Positions 1 to 7,907 of a DNA stretch of 32,000 nucleotides are shown piece after piece; position 1 is the first letter of the stretch, and the number at the start of each line of letters is the position of its first letter. Source of the DNA: Dyadobacter beijingensis DSM 21582 (GTDB lineage Bacteria; Bacteroidota; Bacteroidia; Cytophagales; Spirosomataceae). A model generated the notes under the pieces. That model was not told the origin of the DNA, ran no database searches, and saw only the letters and a program-made list of their open reading frames with translations. The position numbers and the translations under genes are program-made. The stretch lies in NCBI RefSeq assembly GCF_000382205.1, contig NZ_KB907791.1, forward strand, positions 441,007 to 473,006, read 5' to 3'.

Positions 1-2
1 AG

Positions 3-299
3 GTGGTGAGCGCGGTTTGCCACGGGCCGGTTTCCTTGGGTAATGTTAAACTCAAAGACGGCTCTTATCTGGTGAAAGGTAAAAATGTGACTGGTTTCAG
101 TGCATTAGAAGAAAAGAATTATGCGAGTGAGGATGTATCGTTTGAGCTGGAAGACCTTTTGAAAGATCACGGTGCCAATTACAGTTCCGTAGAGCCCTGG
201 CAGCCACACAGTATCACCGACGGACGGCTTGTCACAGGTCAAAATCCTGCCTCGGCCCAAGGCGTGGCAGAAAAAGTGATTGCGATATTGGAGGCCTAA
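3..299 (+). CDS. DJ-1/PfpI (class I glutamine amidotransferase-like) family protein, C-terminal part; the 5' end lies outside the window
   Basis: The ORF is open to the window edge. VCHGP (nucleophile-elbow Cys-His) and the C-terminal DGRLVTGQNPASA are typical DJ-1/PfpI/Hsp31-type signatures. Confidence 0.8.
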   Translation: MVSAVCHGPVSLGNVKLKDGSYLVKGKNVTGFSALEEKNYASEDVSFELEDLLKDHGANYSSVEPWQPHSITDGRLVTGQNPASAQGVAEKVIAILEA

Positions 300-313
300 A
301 AAACAATCCGAAC

Positions 314-625
314 ATGAGCGCAAAACAGATTACGACATTTGCCAAATGGGAGGTGAAGGCGGGCAAACTTGGAGAAGTGCTGGCACTGCTCGCGAAGCTA
401 GCGCCACCTAGCAGGAATGAGCCTGGTAGCCTCTCCTATACTGTGTACCAAAGCAATGCAGACCCAAATGTGATCGTGTTGTTAGAAGTCTATACTGACG
501 AAACGGCTCTCGCAGATCACAGAAGTTCGGCCCATTTCCAGCAGATTGTCATACAGCAAATCGTACCGCTGCTGGAAAACAGGGAAGTCGTACTGACAAC
601 AGAACTAGCACTGGACGACATTTAG
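314..625 (+). CDS. Antibiotic-biosynthesis-monooxygenase (ABM) domain protein / putative quinol monooxygenase
   Basis: It is 103 aa, the typical ABM size. The pattern ...LLEVYTDETALADHRSSAHFQQ... matches the ABM/YgiN-like 'e.w.d..al..H..s.hf' motif. It starts 15 nt after the upstream gene. Confidence 0.75.
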   Translation: MSAKQITTFAKWEVKAGKLGEVLALLAKLAPPSRNEPGSLSYTVYQSNADPNVIVLLEVYTDETALADHRSSAHFQQIVIQQIVPLLENREVVLTTELALDDI

Positions 626-796
626 GATTATTTACCATTCAAAACCAAAGTCGTCTAAAGCGAATGGAAATTGCCGTCGACAAGCAATGGAAATCTTACA
701 CCACGCGGTAAGAAAAGCGCACGAAACTAAGATTCCAGTCTGAAAGAAGATTTCGCGATTGCCACCGCCGGAAGCTCCGGTTAAACACCCAGTGCC

Positions 797-1432
797 ATGA
801 TTAGCGATTCAGGAAACGCACATGTATTCAAGCTCACTTTGGGTGAAATGACGCCTGAAATGGGGTTGATCTTTATTCCAGATATAAGTGGATTTACACG
901 CTTTGTTCAGGATACAGATTTCTCAACCGGCAGAAGAATTATCTACGAGTTGCTTTCCGCGATCATCGATGAAAACGAGCTGATGCTCCGTATTTCGGAA
1001 ATAGAGGGCGATGCAATCTTTTTTTACAAGCTGGGTCGTCCGCCCTCTGTTTTTGAATTGCTGGGGCAGTTCGAGAGAATGCGTAACGCATTTCACTTTC
1101 GGTTGGAGCAGATTAACCGGCTGTTAGGCGTAAAGTTTGACCTGACGTTGAAATTAATCGCTCACTACGGCCCCATTGCGGAGTACGACCTCCGAGGTTT
1201 TAAGAAGCTATACGGGCAGGCCGTCGTGGAAGCGCATGTATTGCTTAAAAACGAGATTGCCAGTCATTCCTACGCGTTGCTCACGGCGGACCTGATAGAA
1301 GCTGCGATGATGGTACAAATCGAAGAGGTACCGGTGGGAATTCAGTCGCATACCATTTGCCGCACAAATGGCGAAATCGTCCATATTTGTTATACGTACT
1401 ACGATTTCGGGCAAACCGGTTTTGAATCATAA
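797..1432 (+). CDS. DUF2652-like protein (nucleotide-cyclase-like fold family)
   Basis: 211 aa. The N-terminal GLIFIPDISGFTRFV resembles the conserved start of DUF2652 proteins common in Bacteroidota. The call is from memory of the family, not a search. Confidence 0.5.
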   Translation: MISDSGNAHVFKLTLGEMTPEMGLIFIPDISGFTRFVQDTDFSTGRRIIYELLSAIIDENELMLRISEIEGDAIFFYKLGRPPSVFELLGQFERMRNAFHFRLEQINRLLGVKFDLTLKLIAHYGPIAEYDLRGFKKLYGQAVVEAHVLLKNEIASHSYALLTADLIEAAMMVQIEEVPVGIQSHTICRTNGEIVHICYTYYDFGQTGFES

Positions 1433-1448
1433 GCCCTGATTTTCACTC

Positions 1449-2007
1449 TTGCTTCCAAAGATGGGTATACTTGGCAAGTTTGCCTCTTCACTTGAACGCC
1501 GGTTGTCGGCACTCGGTGCTTGCATGGTGCTGCTGGCCGGCGTGCACGCAAATGCCGGCAATCCTTACGCATACTGGCTGATACCGGGGATTAACTATAA
1601 GATATCGGAGCGCCGGTATGCGTTTGCTCAGATTGGCTGGACCCGGAGCAAAATTTCTGCTCGGTCATGGTAATTTTATTCTTCGGCCCCGACCAAACTT
1701 TGATGTCAACCTGGGGTTTATGTTCATCGATTATTTGGTACCCGAAACAGAAGAATGGACGCTAATGAACGGGATCACATGGAGAATTCCTGTTGGTAGC
1801 TTTCTGATCGAAAACAGGAGCTTGGTCTGGAACAGGTTCGTCTCCGAAGCGCCTGATCTGCATTTCCTTCGCAACCGAGTCAGGTTCATGCGACTTGTTC
1901 ACAATGTGTGGCAACTGACGCCCTATCTGTTCGATGAGCCCAGCTACTCATTTAACAGGAGAAATAGAAGCTTTCGGTGTGCCGTCTCAAAACCTCGTAG
2001 CATTTGA
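1449..2007 (+). pseudogene. Signal-peptide-bearing barrel-type protein (DUF2490-like?), apparently frameshifted near 1620-1675 and possibly 3'-truncated
   Basis: Two overlapping ORFs in different frames (1449-1673 and 1618-2007) read as one protein. The first has a signal-peptide-like LSALGACMVLLAGVHANAG. The second has beta-strand-like alternating segments. Its 3' end abuts the integrase remnant. Confidence 0.3.
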
Positions 2008-2279
2008 ATGTTCCGACAGCGTATTCCTGGCCAACTAGCGAGTGCATCCGCCGATTGTGCTCTACAATCACCGCCATCAACATCCGCTGTTTTGGGCCGA
2101 TTCCCAAGAATTTGTTTTTAATGGTTTCGGCAGTTGCAAGCTCGCCTGGCGAATTAAAGAAGCATGTGCGTCAAGTAATTGTTGTTCAAGGTTGCCCAAA
2201 TAAGCGTTGAGTGACTTCACGGCCTCCTTGTTACCTAGAACCCGACCTGCGCGCGCATTCCAGGTCCTAGGGTCGCACT
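1965..2279 (-). pseudogene. Remnant of a tyrosine integrase (Arm-binding/SAM-like N-terminal region only), truncated at both ends and internally frameshifted
   Basis: The minus-strand translation CDPRTWNARAGRVLGNKEAVKSLNAYLGNLEQQLLDAHASLIRQ, and after a frameshift TAETIKNKFLGIGPKQRMLMAVIVEHNRRMHSLVGQEYAVGTFKCYEVLRRH, is collinear with residues ~40-140 of the integrase at 5134-6315. The left boundary is approximate. The right boundary is the IS3 end. Confidence 0.8.
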
Positions 2280-2294
2280 TGTCTTGGCCCCTTA

Positions 2295-3179
2295 TTAGTT
2301 GGACACTTCTTCCAGCACGGTTAAGGCGTTTGGCATAGCTTCTTCCCATTTCTTTTGGGGTGTGGTAAAGCCGATGGAGCGGTGTAACCGGCGTTCATTA
2401 TAATGCTTGATGAAACGCTGCAACGTTTCTTTTGCCTCGTAGTAACTGGCAAATTCATTACGTTCAATCACCTCACGCTCCAAAATACTGTGAAACGCTT
2501 CGATATAAGAGTTTTCTTCTGGTGTTGCTACGTGTGTAAACTCTTGTCTGACTTCCGAATTTTTCAAAAAATTACGCACTTTGTTAGCGATGAATTGGCT
2601 ACCGTTATCATTTCGCAGAACGACGCCTTGTAACTGATGAAAATGGTTGACGCGGCGCAATAAATTTATTAAGTCCAGTTGTCGAATGCTGCTCTGGAAT
2701 ATCCAATCGACGATTTTACGGGTAAATACATCTAAAATACACAGGAGATAATAATTACGTCGCTCACCATTGATCCAGATATACTTAATATCCCAGCAAA
2801 GATACTCCAGGGGCTTTGTGGCTTCAATTCGCCGAAATTGAACAAAATCCCGCTTCCCAGCCGGTCGAATCATCTTTCCCAATAGTAGGTCATTGGCTAG
2901 CATCAGGCGGTATACCTTCTTCTTGTTGATTATATATTCCTTTTTCAGTTCGTGTGTAATGTATTCATATCCAAATGCATTAAATTCAGTATCAATAAGT
3001 TGCCTAATCCGTGCGGTCACATCTTCGTTTGATACTGAAACCCCGTCTACGGTCATAGTTTCACGACTAGGTTTTACCCCTGGTGTTCCCTGTCGTGGTT
3101 TGTAGTATGTTACACTCCGCGGTACTTCTAACCACCGGCACAACTCTTTTCGGGTCGCATTAAGCTGATATCGTGCCAT
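2295..3179 (-). CDS. IS3-family transposase OrfB (DDE/rve integrase core), normally made as an OrfAB fusion
   Basis: 294 aa with rve-type motifs (WDIKYI..., LRNDNGSQF, ...PEENSYIEAFHSILEREV...). Its frame stays open upstream of the ATG, back through the A8 run in the -1 frame relative to orfA. Confidence 0.9.
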   Translation of the reverse strand: MARYQLNATRKELCRWLEVPRSVTYYKPRQGTPGVKPSRETMTVDGVSVSNEDVTARIRQLIDTEFNAFGYEYITHELKKEYIINKKKVYRLMLANDLLLGKMIRPAGKRDFVQFRRIEATKPLEYLCWDIKYIWINGERRNYYLLCILDVFTRKIVDWIFQSSIRQLDLINLLRRVNHFHQLQGVVLRNDNGSQFIANKVRNFLKNSEVRQEFTHVATPEENSYIEAFHSILEREVIERNEFASYYEAKETLQRFIKHYNERRLHRSIGFTTPQKKWEEAMPNALTVLEEVSN

Positions 3180-3184
3180 GATAG

Positions 3185-3505
3185 CTATCTTTTCCTGGGT
3201 CCGATAGGAGTTTTTTTTAGCAGCTCGCTTTTTACCTCCAATTCCAAAGCTTGCTTGGCCACAATCCGCTTAAGTCGCTCATTTTCTTCTTCAAGAGCGC
3301 GTAATTGAGGATCGACACGGACATATGAATCGCGAAGGCCATCCTTACCACTGTCTAAATACTTTTGCCTCCACTTTCTCAAAAGTGATGGTGACAGGTT
3401 GTACTTCCTACTGACATCAGCATGGCCGTCCCGAAGAGATTCCTGTACGATCGAATAGCGATCTTCGGCGCTGAATGTTCGTCTTTGTTTACTCATGATT
3501 CCCAA
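3185..3505 (-). CDS. IS3-family transposase OrfA (HTH DNA-binding / leucine-zipper part)
   Basis: 106 aa. Motifs are RRTFSAEDRYSIVQE...LSPSLLRKWRQKY (HTH_Tnp_1-like) followed by a coiled-coil region, LRALEEENERLKRIVAKQALELE. Confidence 0.9.
   Translation of the reverse strand: MGIMSKQRRTFSAEDRYSIVQESLRDGHADVSRKYNLSPSLLRKWRQKYLDSGKDGLRDSYVRVDPQLRALEEENERLKRIVAKQALELEVKSELLKKTPIGPRKR
3211..3218 (-). other. Programmed -1 ribosomal frameshift site of the IS3 element (A8 slippery run)
   Basis: The minus strand reads CTA AAA AAA ACT in the orfA frame. The orfB frame is -1 relative to orfA and stays open across this run (..AKKNSYRTQEKIAIMARYQL). A-AAA-AAA heptamers are the classical IS3-family frameshift signal. 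Confidence 0.75.
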
Positions 3506-3562
3506 ATTAAATGGACTAAACTGTTTTTACAATTTTGTCCAACCATTTAGGGGGCTAAGACA

Positions 3563-3743
3563 CTTCCGCCAGGCAGAGCGACAAAGACGTGTCATCGGAC
3601 CATGTTCCGGGTGGTAGGTTGTAAGTCCCATAACCATCCATGTCGTCGACTGGCTTAACTTCAAATTCCTTTCGTGGCTTAAATTCATACGGTACACCAA
3701 GCGCATCGCCAATTGCTATTCCAAGCAGAGCATCTTTTATCAC
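3563..3743 (-). pseudogene. ADP-ribosylglycohydrolase family protein, N-terminal ~60 codons only, cut by the IS3 end
   Basis: [21 protein letters not shown]...[15 protein letters not shown] matches the N-terminal metal-binding motifs of the ARH/DraG family (GDALG.P.EF, G.wsDDT). The reading frame runs into the IS3 terminal repeat and stops there. Confidence 0.8.
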
Positions 3744-4105
3744 AGGCCTATATCGAAATGTTATCCGGGCAAATGTATCTCAATTGATAATGGAAGTCCA
3801 GAATTTTGGAAAGCAATCGCAACGCGGGTACACCAAACTGCCGCGTTAGTATGCCCAGCACTAGCTACGTCCATCAATGAAAATTTATAAAACTCTTCCG
3901 CTAGCGACTTCGGAGCGTTTGAGCGGCCAGATGAGATTGTGACACAATCTGACATCTGGCCGATTGCGGGTAAGAGGCAATCCCGAAGTTCCCGGATTCG
4001 CACTTGCCCGTTGAACGGAGAAGGAAAAGTGATATTCGTCCCGTCATGAACGTATTACAAGAAAGCCCTATATTTAGCAGATACTATTTCACGTAACAAA
4101 AGTCT

Positions 4106-5155
4106 GTGAGCTTAACTACGGTAGACCTAGCCACTGGTCGCTATCAAATTTCAAAGGGCGTGACCGCGAATGAATTGGCTAAATTGGCAGAAGATCTGAA
4201 AACTTCTGTAATCCAGCTTTCCAAGCCGATTGATACTAAAACCATTGCCTTACTGGAACAAGTCGTTTTTTCCAAACGTCGAGACATCGCCCTGAGGGTG
4301 TATGGGCACTATTCTGAGAGATGTGATCTAAGCTTTATTGAAAAGATACCATCGATTAGAGAGCTCTCGGTAGATTGTCTGATGGAGGTCACTAATATTG
4401 ATGTAGTTACGAGAATCCGGCACTTAGATGGACTGCATGTAGGCATTTTTGGACTTGATAACTTTGAGTTCCTGAATAACGTCGACCCTCACTTGAAGCG
4501 GCTCTCGCTATATCAGACTCGATCAAAAAAACCAAGGATTGAGACGATTGGTCGGTTCACTGAACTTAACGAACTATTCTTAGAAGGACAGAGCAAGGGG
4601 ATTGAGGCCATTAATGAGTTGAAAAAACTCGAAAAAATCGTATTGCGATCTATATCAACCCCGGATATTGAATACCTTAGGAATCTGGAACGCTTATGGT
4701 CCGTTGATATTAAGTTAGGAGGTATAAAGGATTTAAGTGCATTAAAATCCCTACCCAATTTGAAATACCTGGAAATTTGGCAAGTTAGAGGACTTTCAGA
4801 CCTGTCGGTTCTATCGGACTTAAAATCGTTACAAAACTTATTTCTTCAATCACTACCGCAGCTCGCCGTGTTTCCTGCAATATCTAGCTTGGGTAAACTA
4901 AGGCGTATTGACCTTGAAAATCTAAAAGGTTTGATGGACTTGAGTGAATTGAAATCTGCGCCTGCCTTAATTGAATTCAGTTACTTAATGGCACAAAACC
5001 AAAGCCCTGAAAACCTCATCCCTGTACTCGAAAATAAGAGCCTGAAAAGGGTCTCTTGTTATTTTGGTAGCGATAGGAAGAATAATGATTTTAAAAAGCT
5101 AGCCCAGTCATTTGGAAAAGATGAGTGTGAGTATCAAAAGTTCGTGTATAACTGA
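4106..5155 (+). CDS. Leucine-rich-repeat (LRR) protein
   Basis: 349 aa with a GTG start per the ORF track. It has about 22-24-residue LxxLxxLxL repeats, for example LPNLKYLEIWQVRGLSDLSVLSDLKSLQNLFLQSLPQL and LGKLRRIDLENLKGLMDLSEL. Its 3' end overlaps the convergent integrase 3' end by 22 nt. Confidence 0.6.
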   Translation: MSLTTVDLATGRYQISKGVTANELAKLAEDLKTSVIQLSKPIDTKTIALLEQVVFSKRRDIALRVYGHYSERCDLSFIEKIPSIRELSVDCLMEVTNIDVVTRIRHLDGLHVGIFGLDNFEFLNNVDPHLKRLSLYQTRSKKPRIETIGRFTELNELFLEGQSKGIEAINELKKLEKIVLRSISTPDIEYLRNLERLWSVDIKLGGIKDLSALKSLPNLKYLEIWQVRGLSDLSVLSDLKSLQNLFLQSLPQLAVFPAISSLGKLRRIDLENLKGLMDLSELKSAPALIEFSYLMAQNQSPENLIPVLENKSLKRVSCYFGSDRKNNDFKKLAQSFGKDECEYQKFVYN

Positions 5156-6315
5156 GGTTCATTCGCATAGATCTGCGTAGTACGGATGTTCGTATGTCCA
5201 AGCATTTTAGAAACACTCTCAATCGGAACTCCATTTTGCAGGGTAATCGTAGTAGCGAACGTATGCCTGGCTACGTGTGAAGTGAGAACTTTATCAATCC
5301 CGCAGATTACGGCAATCTCTTTCAGATAATCATTCATTTTTTGGTTACTCGGCACCGGCAAAACGAGCCCGCGGGATTCGCAAAGCGGATGGCCTTTGTA
5401 TCTGTCAATGATTTGAAGCGCTTCCGGCAGCAACGGAATGTGAGACTTGACATTCATTTTGGTGCGCTGGCTAAATATCCACTGTTCACCGTCAATTCCT
5501 CGTGTTATCTGGCTTTTTTCGAGCTTCTGAACATCCGAGTAGGCCAGGCCGGTGAAACAACAAAAAAGAAAGGTGTCCCGAACCTGTGCAAGCCGGTCGC
5601 TAGCAAATTCTTTCCCCGCCATCAAATCCAATTCAGTTCTAGTGAGGATCTCCTTGTCAACCTTTTTAAATTTACCCTTGAAGTTCAAATACGGGTCAAG
5701 GTTCATCCAGCCATTGCCCAGGCAGATGTTGACGATTTTGCGGAACATTTTCATGTGCTTCACCACCGCGTTGTTGCCCATTTTACGAACTGAGCGGAGA
5801 TAGAATTCGTAATCGGCGATGAAAGCGAAATCGATGCGACTAATGTCAAAATCGGTTGTGTTGAATGTCACTTTCAGAAATGCGAGTGTATGGCGTTCTA
5901 AAACCTTATAGCGATTGAATGTATCGATTGCATATTCCTGGCCAACCAGTGCCTTCATCCGATCATTATGGTCAGCAATCACTACCATAAGTAACCGCTG
6001 CTTAGGACCGACGCCCAGAAATTTGTTTTTGACCGTTTCCGCTGTTATCAATGCGCCGTCGCGAACCAGGGCGGCGTGGGCGTCGAGTAGTTACTGTTCT
6101 AAGTTGCCGAGATAAGCGTTGACGGATTTCACGGTTTCCTTCGCACCGGTAACTCTTCCCGCAACCGCATTCCATCGACTGGGTTCGCATTCGCGCCCGG
6201 TCGTAAATTCAGCTCTTTTACTTTCAACCGTAATCCGCAGATAGATCGGAACCGGACCTTTCTGATAATTCTTCGGCTTCTTCAAATAGAAAAGCAGACT
6301 GATCTTTGTTTTCAT
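5134..6315 (-). pseudogene. Tyrosine recombinase/integrase (Bacteroidota Arm-binding + SAM-like + catalytic domains) with one in-frame TAA at 6091-6093
   Basis: The ORFs 6091-6315 and 5134-6051 are in the same frame (1182 nt = 394 codons). The minus strand reads ...AAC TTA GAA CAG TAA CTA CTC GAC... (NLEQ*LLD). The C-terminal catalytic motifs are HVARHTFAT and LGHTNIRTTQIYA. Confidence 0.85.
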
Positions 6316-6511
6316 ACCCTTTTCAGGTTAAAAAGTTGAACAAAAGTAGTCTTGCAAGCCTGGTCAGCGCAAGATGTCCACCGCATGGACATCTTGTAAA
6401 TCAATTGGTTACGCGATTTCTGGTGAGTAAACTTTTCAGGCTGATTGACTCACCGAATTACTCACCAAAACTTTGAGAATATTTGAACGTTTTGGTATAG
6501 TAGGGGCAAAC

Positions 6512-6545
6512 AAAAAAGCCTGCAATCGTTTGATTTGCAGGCTTT
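6512..6545. terminator. Rho-independent terminator-like hairpin, stronger on the minus strand
   Basis: A perfect 8-bp stem GCCTGCAA (6518-6525) / TTGCAGGC (6534-6541) has an 8-nt loop. An A6 run precedes it (T6 on the minus strand) and TTTT follows it on the plus strand. It lies between the small ORF 6591-6833 (-) and the integrase upstream region. Confidence 0.55.
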
Positions 6546-7003
6546 TGATGCTTTTTGTTATTTCTTTAAGTGATCCCGCTGGAATCATTTTTATCGCCTA
6601 ACTGCCTCATAAACAGCATTGCTTCTGAATAGGATTTCCAGGTTACCGGATAGGTTACCGGATGAAATGATCAATACTGTCGAGCTTTGACCACTTTCTA
6701 CAAGTATAAAACTACTGATTTTTTTCTTATAGACAGTAACATATTCCATATTGATAATGCGATGACACCGAACAACTGCCTGATTGTTTGCTTCAAAAGT
6801 CTGTACCGTTCGGTGTCTTTGGGAGATACCCACTTTTGCTAGTTTTGGGAATCGCCTCCTGTGTATGCTCGCAGTTCGGATTCTCTACTTGTCGACGGAA
6901 TACTTGGCATCGCCTAAAGTTCTGTCGTAAGACTTACCAAAGCAATTGGAGTAAATTTTTATTCAAGGGATTCAGGATTGCTGAGCAAATTGAAAACAAA
7001 ATG

Positions 7004-7011
7004 TAACTTTG
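7004..7011 (+). promoter_or_regulatory. Candidate Bacteroidota -7 promoter element (TAnnTTTG) for the 7055-10276 operon
   Basis: TAACTTTG lies 44 nt upstream of the ATG at 7055 and fits the TAnnTTTG consensus used by Bacteroidota sigma-A. No convincing -33 TTTG was found at the ideal spacing. Confidence 0.3.
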
Positions 7012-7054
7012 AGAATTCTGATCTACAGTTTCCCCTCCCTAATAAGCTAACAAT

Positions 7055-7873
7055 ATGAGTCAATGTTTCACCATACAGCCTTTTGACAAAGATCGTTTTG
7101 ATAAGCGCTTTACAGATGTGTTTGAGCCCGCAATTAAGAAGGCTGGCTTAAATGCCTATCGGATAGATCGTGATCATTCAGTAAGAATCCCGATCGAGGA
7201 GATTGAGAAGGGCATAAGGGAATCGGAAATTTGTTTCGCGGAAATTACTACTAATAATCCGAACGTATGGTATGAGCTAGGCTATGCGTTTGCGTGTGGG
7301 AAGGATGTTGTGATGGTTTGCTGCAAAGATGAACGCAAAGAAGAATTCCCATTCGATGTGCGACATAAATTTATACTCGACTATAAAAGCACTTCAACAA
7401 GTGATTTCCAGTCTCTCTCCGAACTCATTACCGAACGTATCAAAGCATACCTTGCCACATCTAAGGTCACTGAAAAGCTCTCACTATCACCGATAATGGA
7501 AACTGAGGGGCTAAATGCTCAAGAAATTTCAGCACTAATAATAACGCTCGAGAATCAACCGACAGACCATGATATGTTAAGCGTCAATAGCTTGATTGAT
7601 TACATGGGCAAGGCTGGGTTCACTCGGGCAGCTACAAACGTGGCAATTCGCACTCTCAAACGCAAACAGCTGGTCGACTTTGTTCAAAAGGAAGAATATA
7701 ACTATAACGAATCCTACCAAATAACTTACTGTTTCTTGACAAAAAAAGGTGAAGATTGGCTAATCGATAATCAGGATAAAATTCGAATTAGGTTAGATCC
7801 ATCTGAAAAAATAAGTTCCGAAAAAACGGAATCCCCGTCTGAAAATGATGGTGATGATGATTTACCATTTTAA
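7055..7873 (+). CDS. Nucleoside 2-deoxyribosyltransferase-like / TIR-like Rossmannoid domain fused to a C-terminal winged-helix domain, with an acidic tail
   Basis: The N-terminus reads FTIQPFDK..FDKRFTDVFEPAIKKAGLNAYRIDRD...ICFAEITTNNPNVWYELGYAFACGKDVVMV. This fits the NDT/TIR-like pattern (DxxxxnpNVxyElGyAxaxgK). The C-terminal ...GFTRAATNVAIRTLKRKQLVDFV... is wHTH-like. The protein ends in ENDGDDDLPF. Confidence 0.6.
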   Translation: MSQCFTIQPFDKDRFDKRFTDVFEPAIKKAGLNAYRIDRDHSVRIPIEEIEKGIRESEICFAEITTNNPNVWYELGYAFACGKDVVMVCCKDERKEEFPFDVRHKFILDYKSTSTSDFQSLSELITERIKAYLATSKVTEKLSLSPIMETEGLNAQEISALIITLENQPTDHDMLSVNSLIDYMGKAGFTRAATNVAIRTLKRKQLVDFVQKEEYNYNESYQITYCFLTKKGEDWLIDNQDKIRIRLDPSEKISSEKTESPSENDGDDDLPF

Positions 7874-7907
7874 CTTTTTCGTTTTGAGTACTTACATTAG
7901 TTAAGAA

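Larger units (their letters stand above)
2280..3562 (-). mobile_element. IS3-family insertion sequence, complete (1283 bp)
   Basis: It has imperfect terminal inverted repeats of ~26-27 bp. 2280-2305 (TGTCTTGGCCCCTTATTAGTTGGACA) matches the reverse complement of 3536-3562 (TGTCTTAGCCCCCTAAATGGTTGGACA). The termini are TG...CA, and the orfA/orfB arrangement includes an A8 slippery run. Confidence 0.9.

Noticed and set aside
2004-2210. ORFs 2004-2210 (+) and 5915-6115 (+) encode similar peptides (MNVPTAYSWPTSE.. and MNVSIAYSWPTSA..).
   Set aside because: Both are antisense shadow ORFs of the two homologous integrase sequences on the minus strand. Their similarity only reflects the integrase paralogy.
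3761-4054. Minus-strand frame upstream of the ADP-ribosylglycohydrolase stub. It is open from 4054, with a GTG at 4003, and reads ..GTNITFPSPFNGQVRIRELRD..MDVASAGHTNAAVW...
   Set aside because: It could be the 3' part of a truncated upstream operon partner. It has no ATG start and no motif I can assign, and its 5' end is cut off near the LRR gene. The evidence is too thin to call a feature.
6591-6833. 80-aa minus-strand ORF followed by the 6512-6545 hairpin.
   Set aside because: The terminator-like hairpin downstream gives weak support, but the peptide has no recognisable features. The region may instead be non-coding element-end sequence. It is left uncalled.
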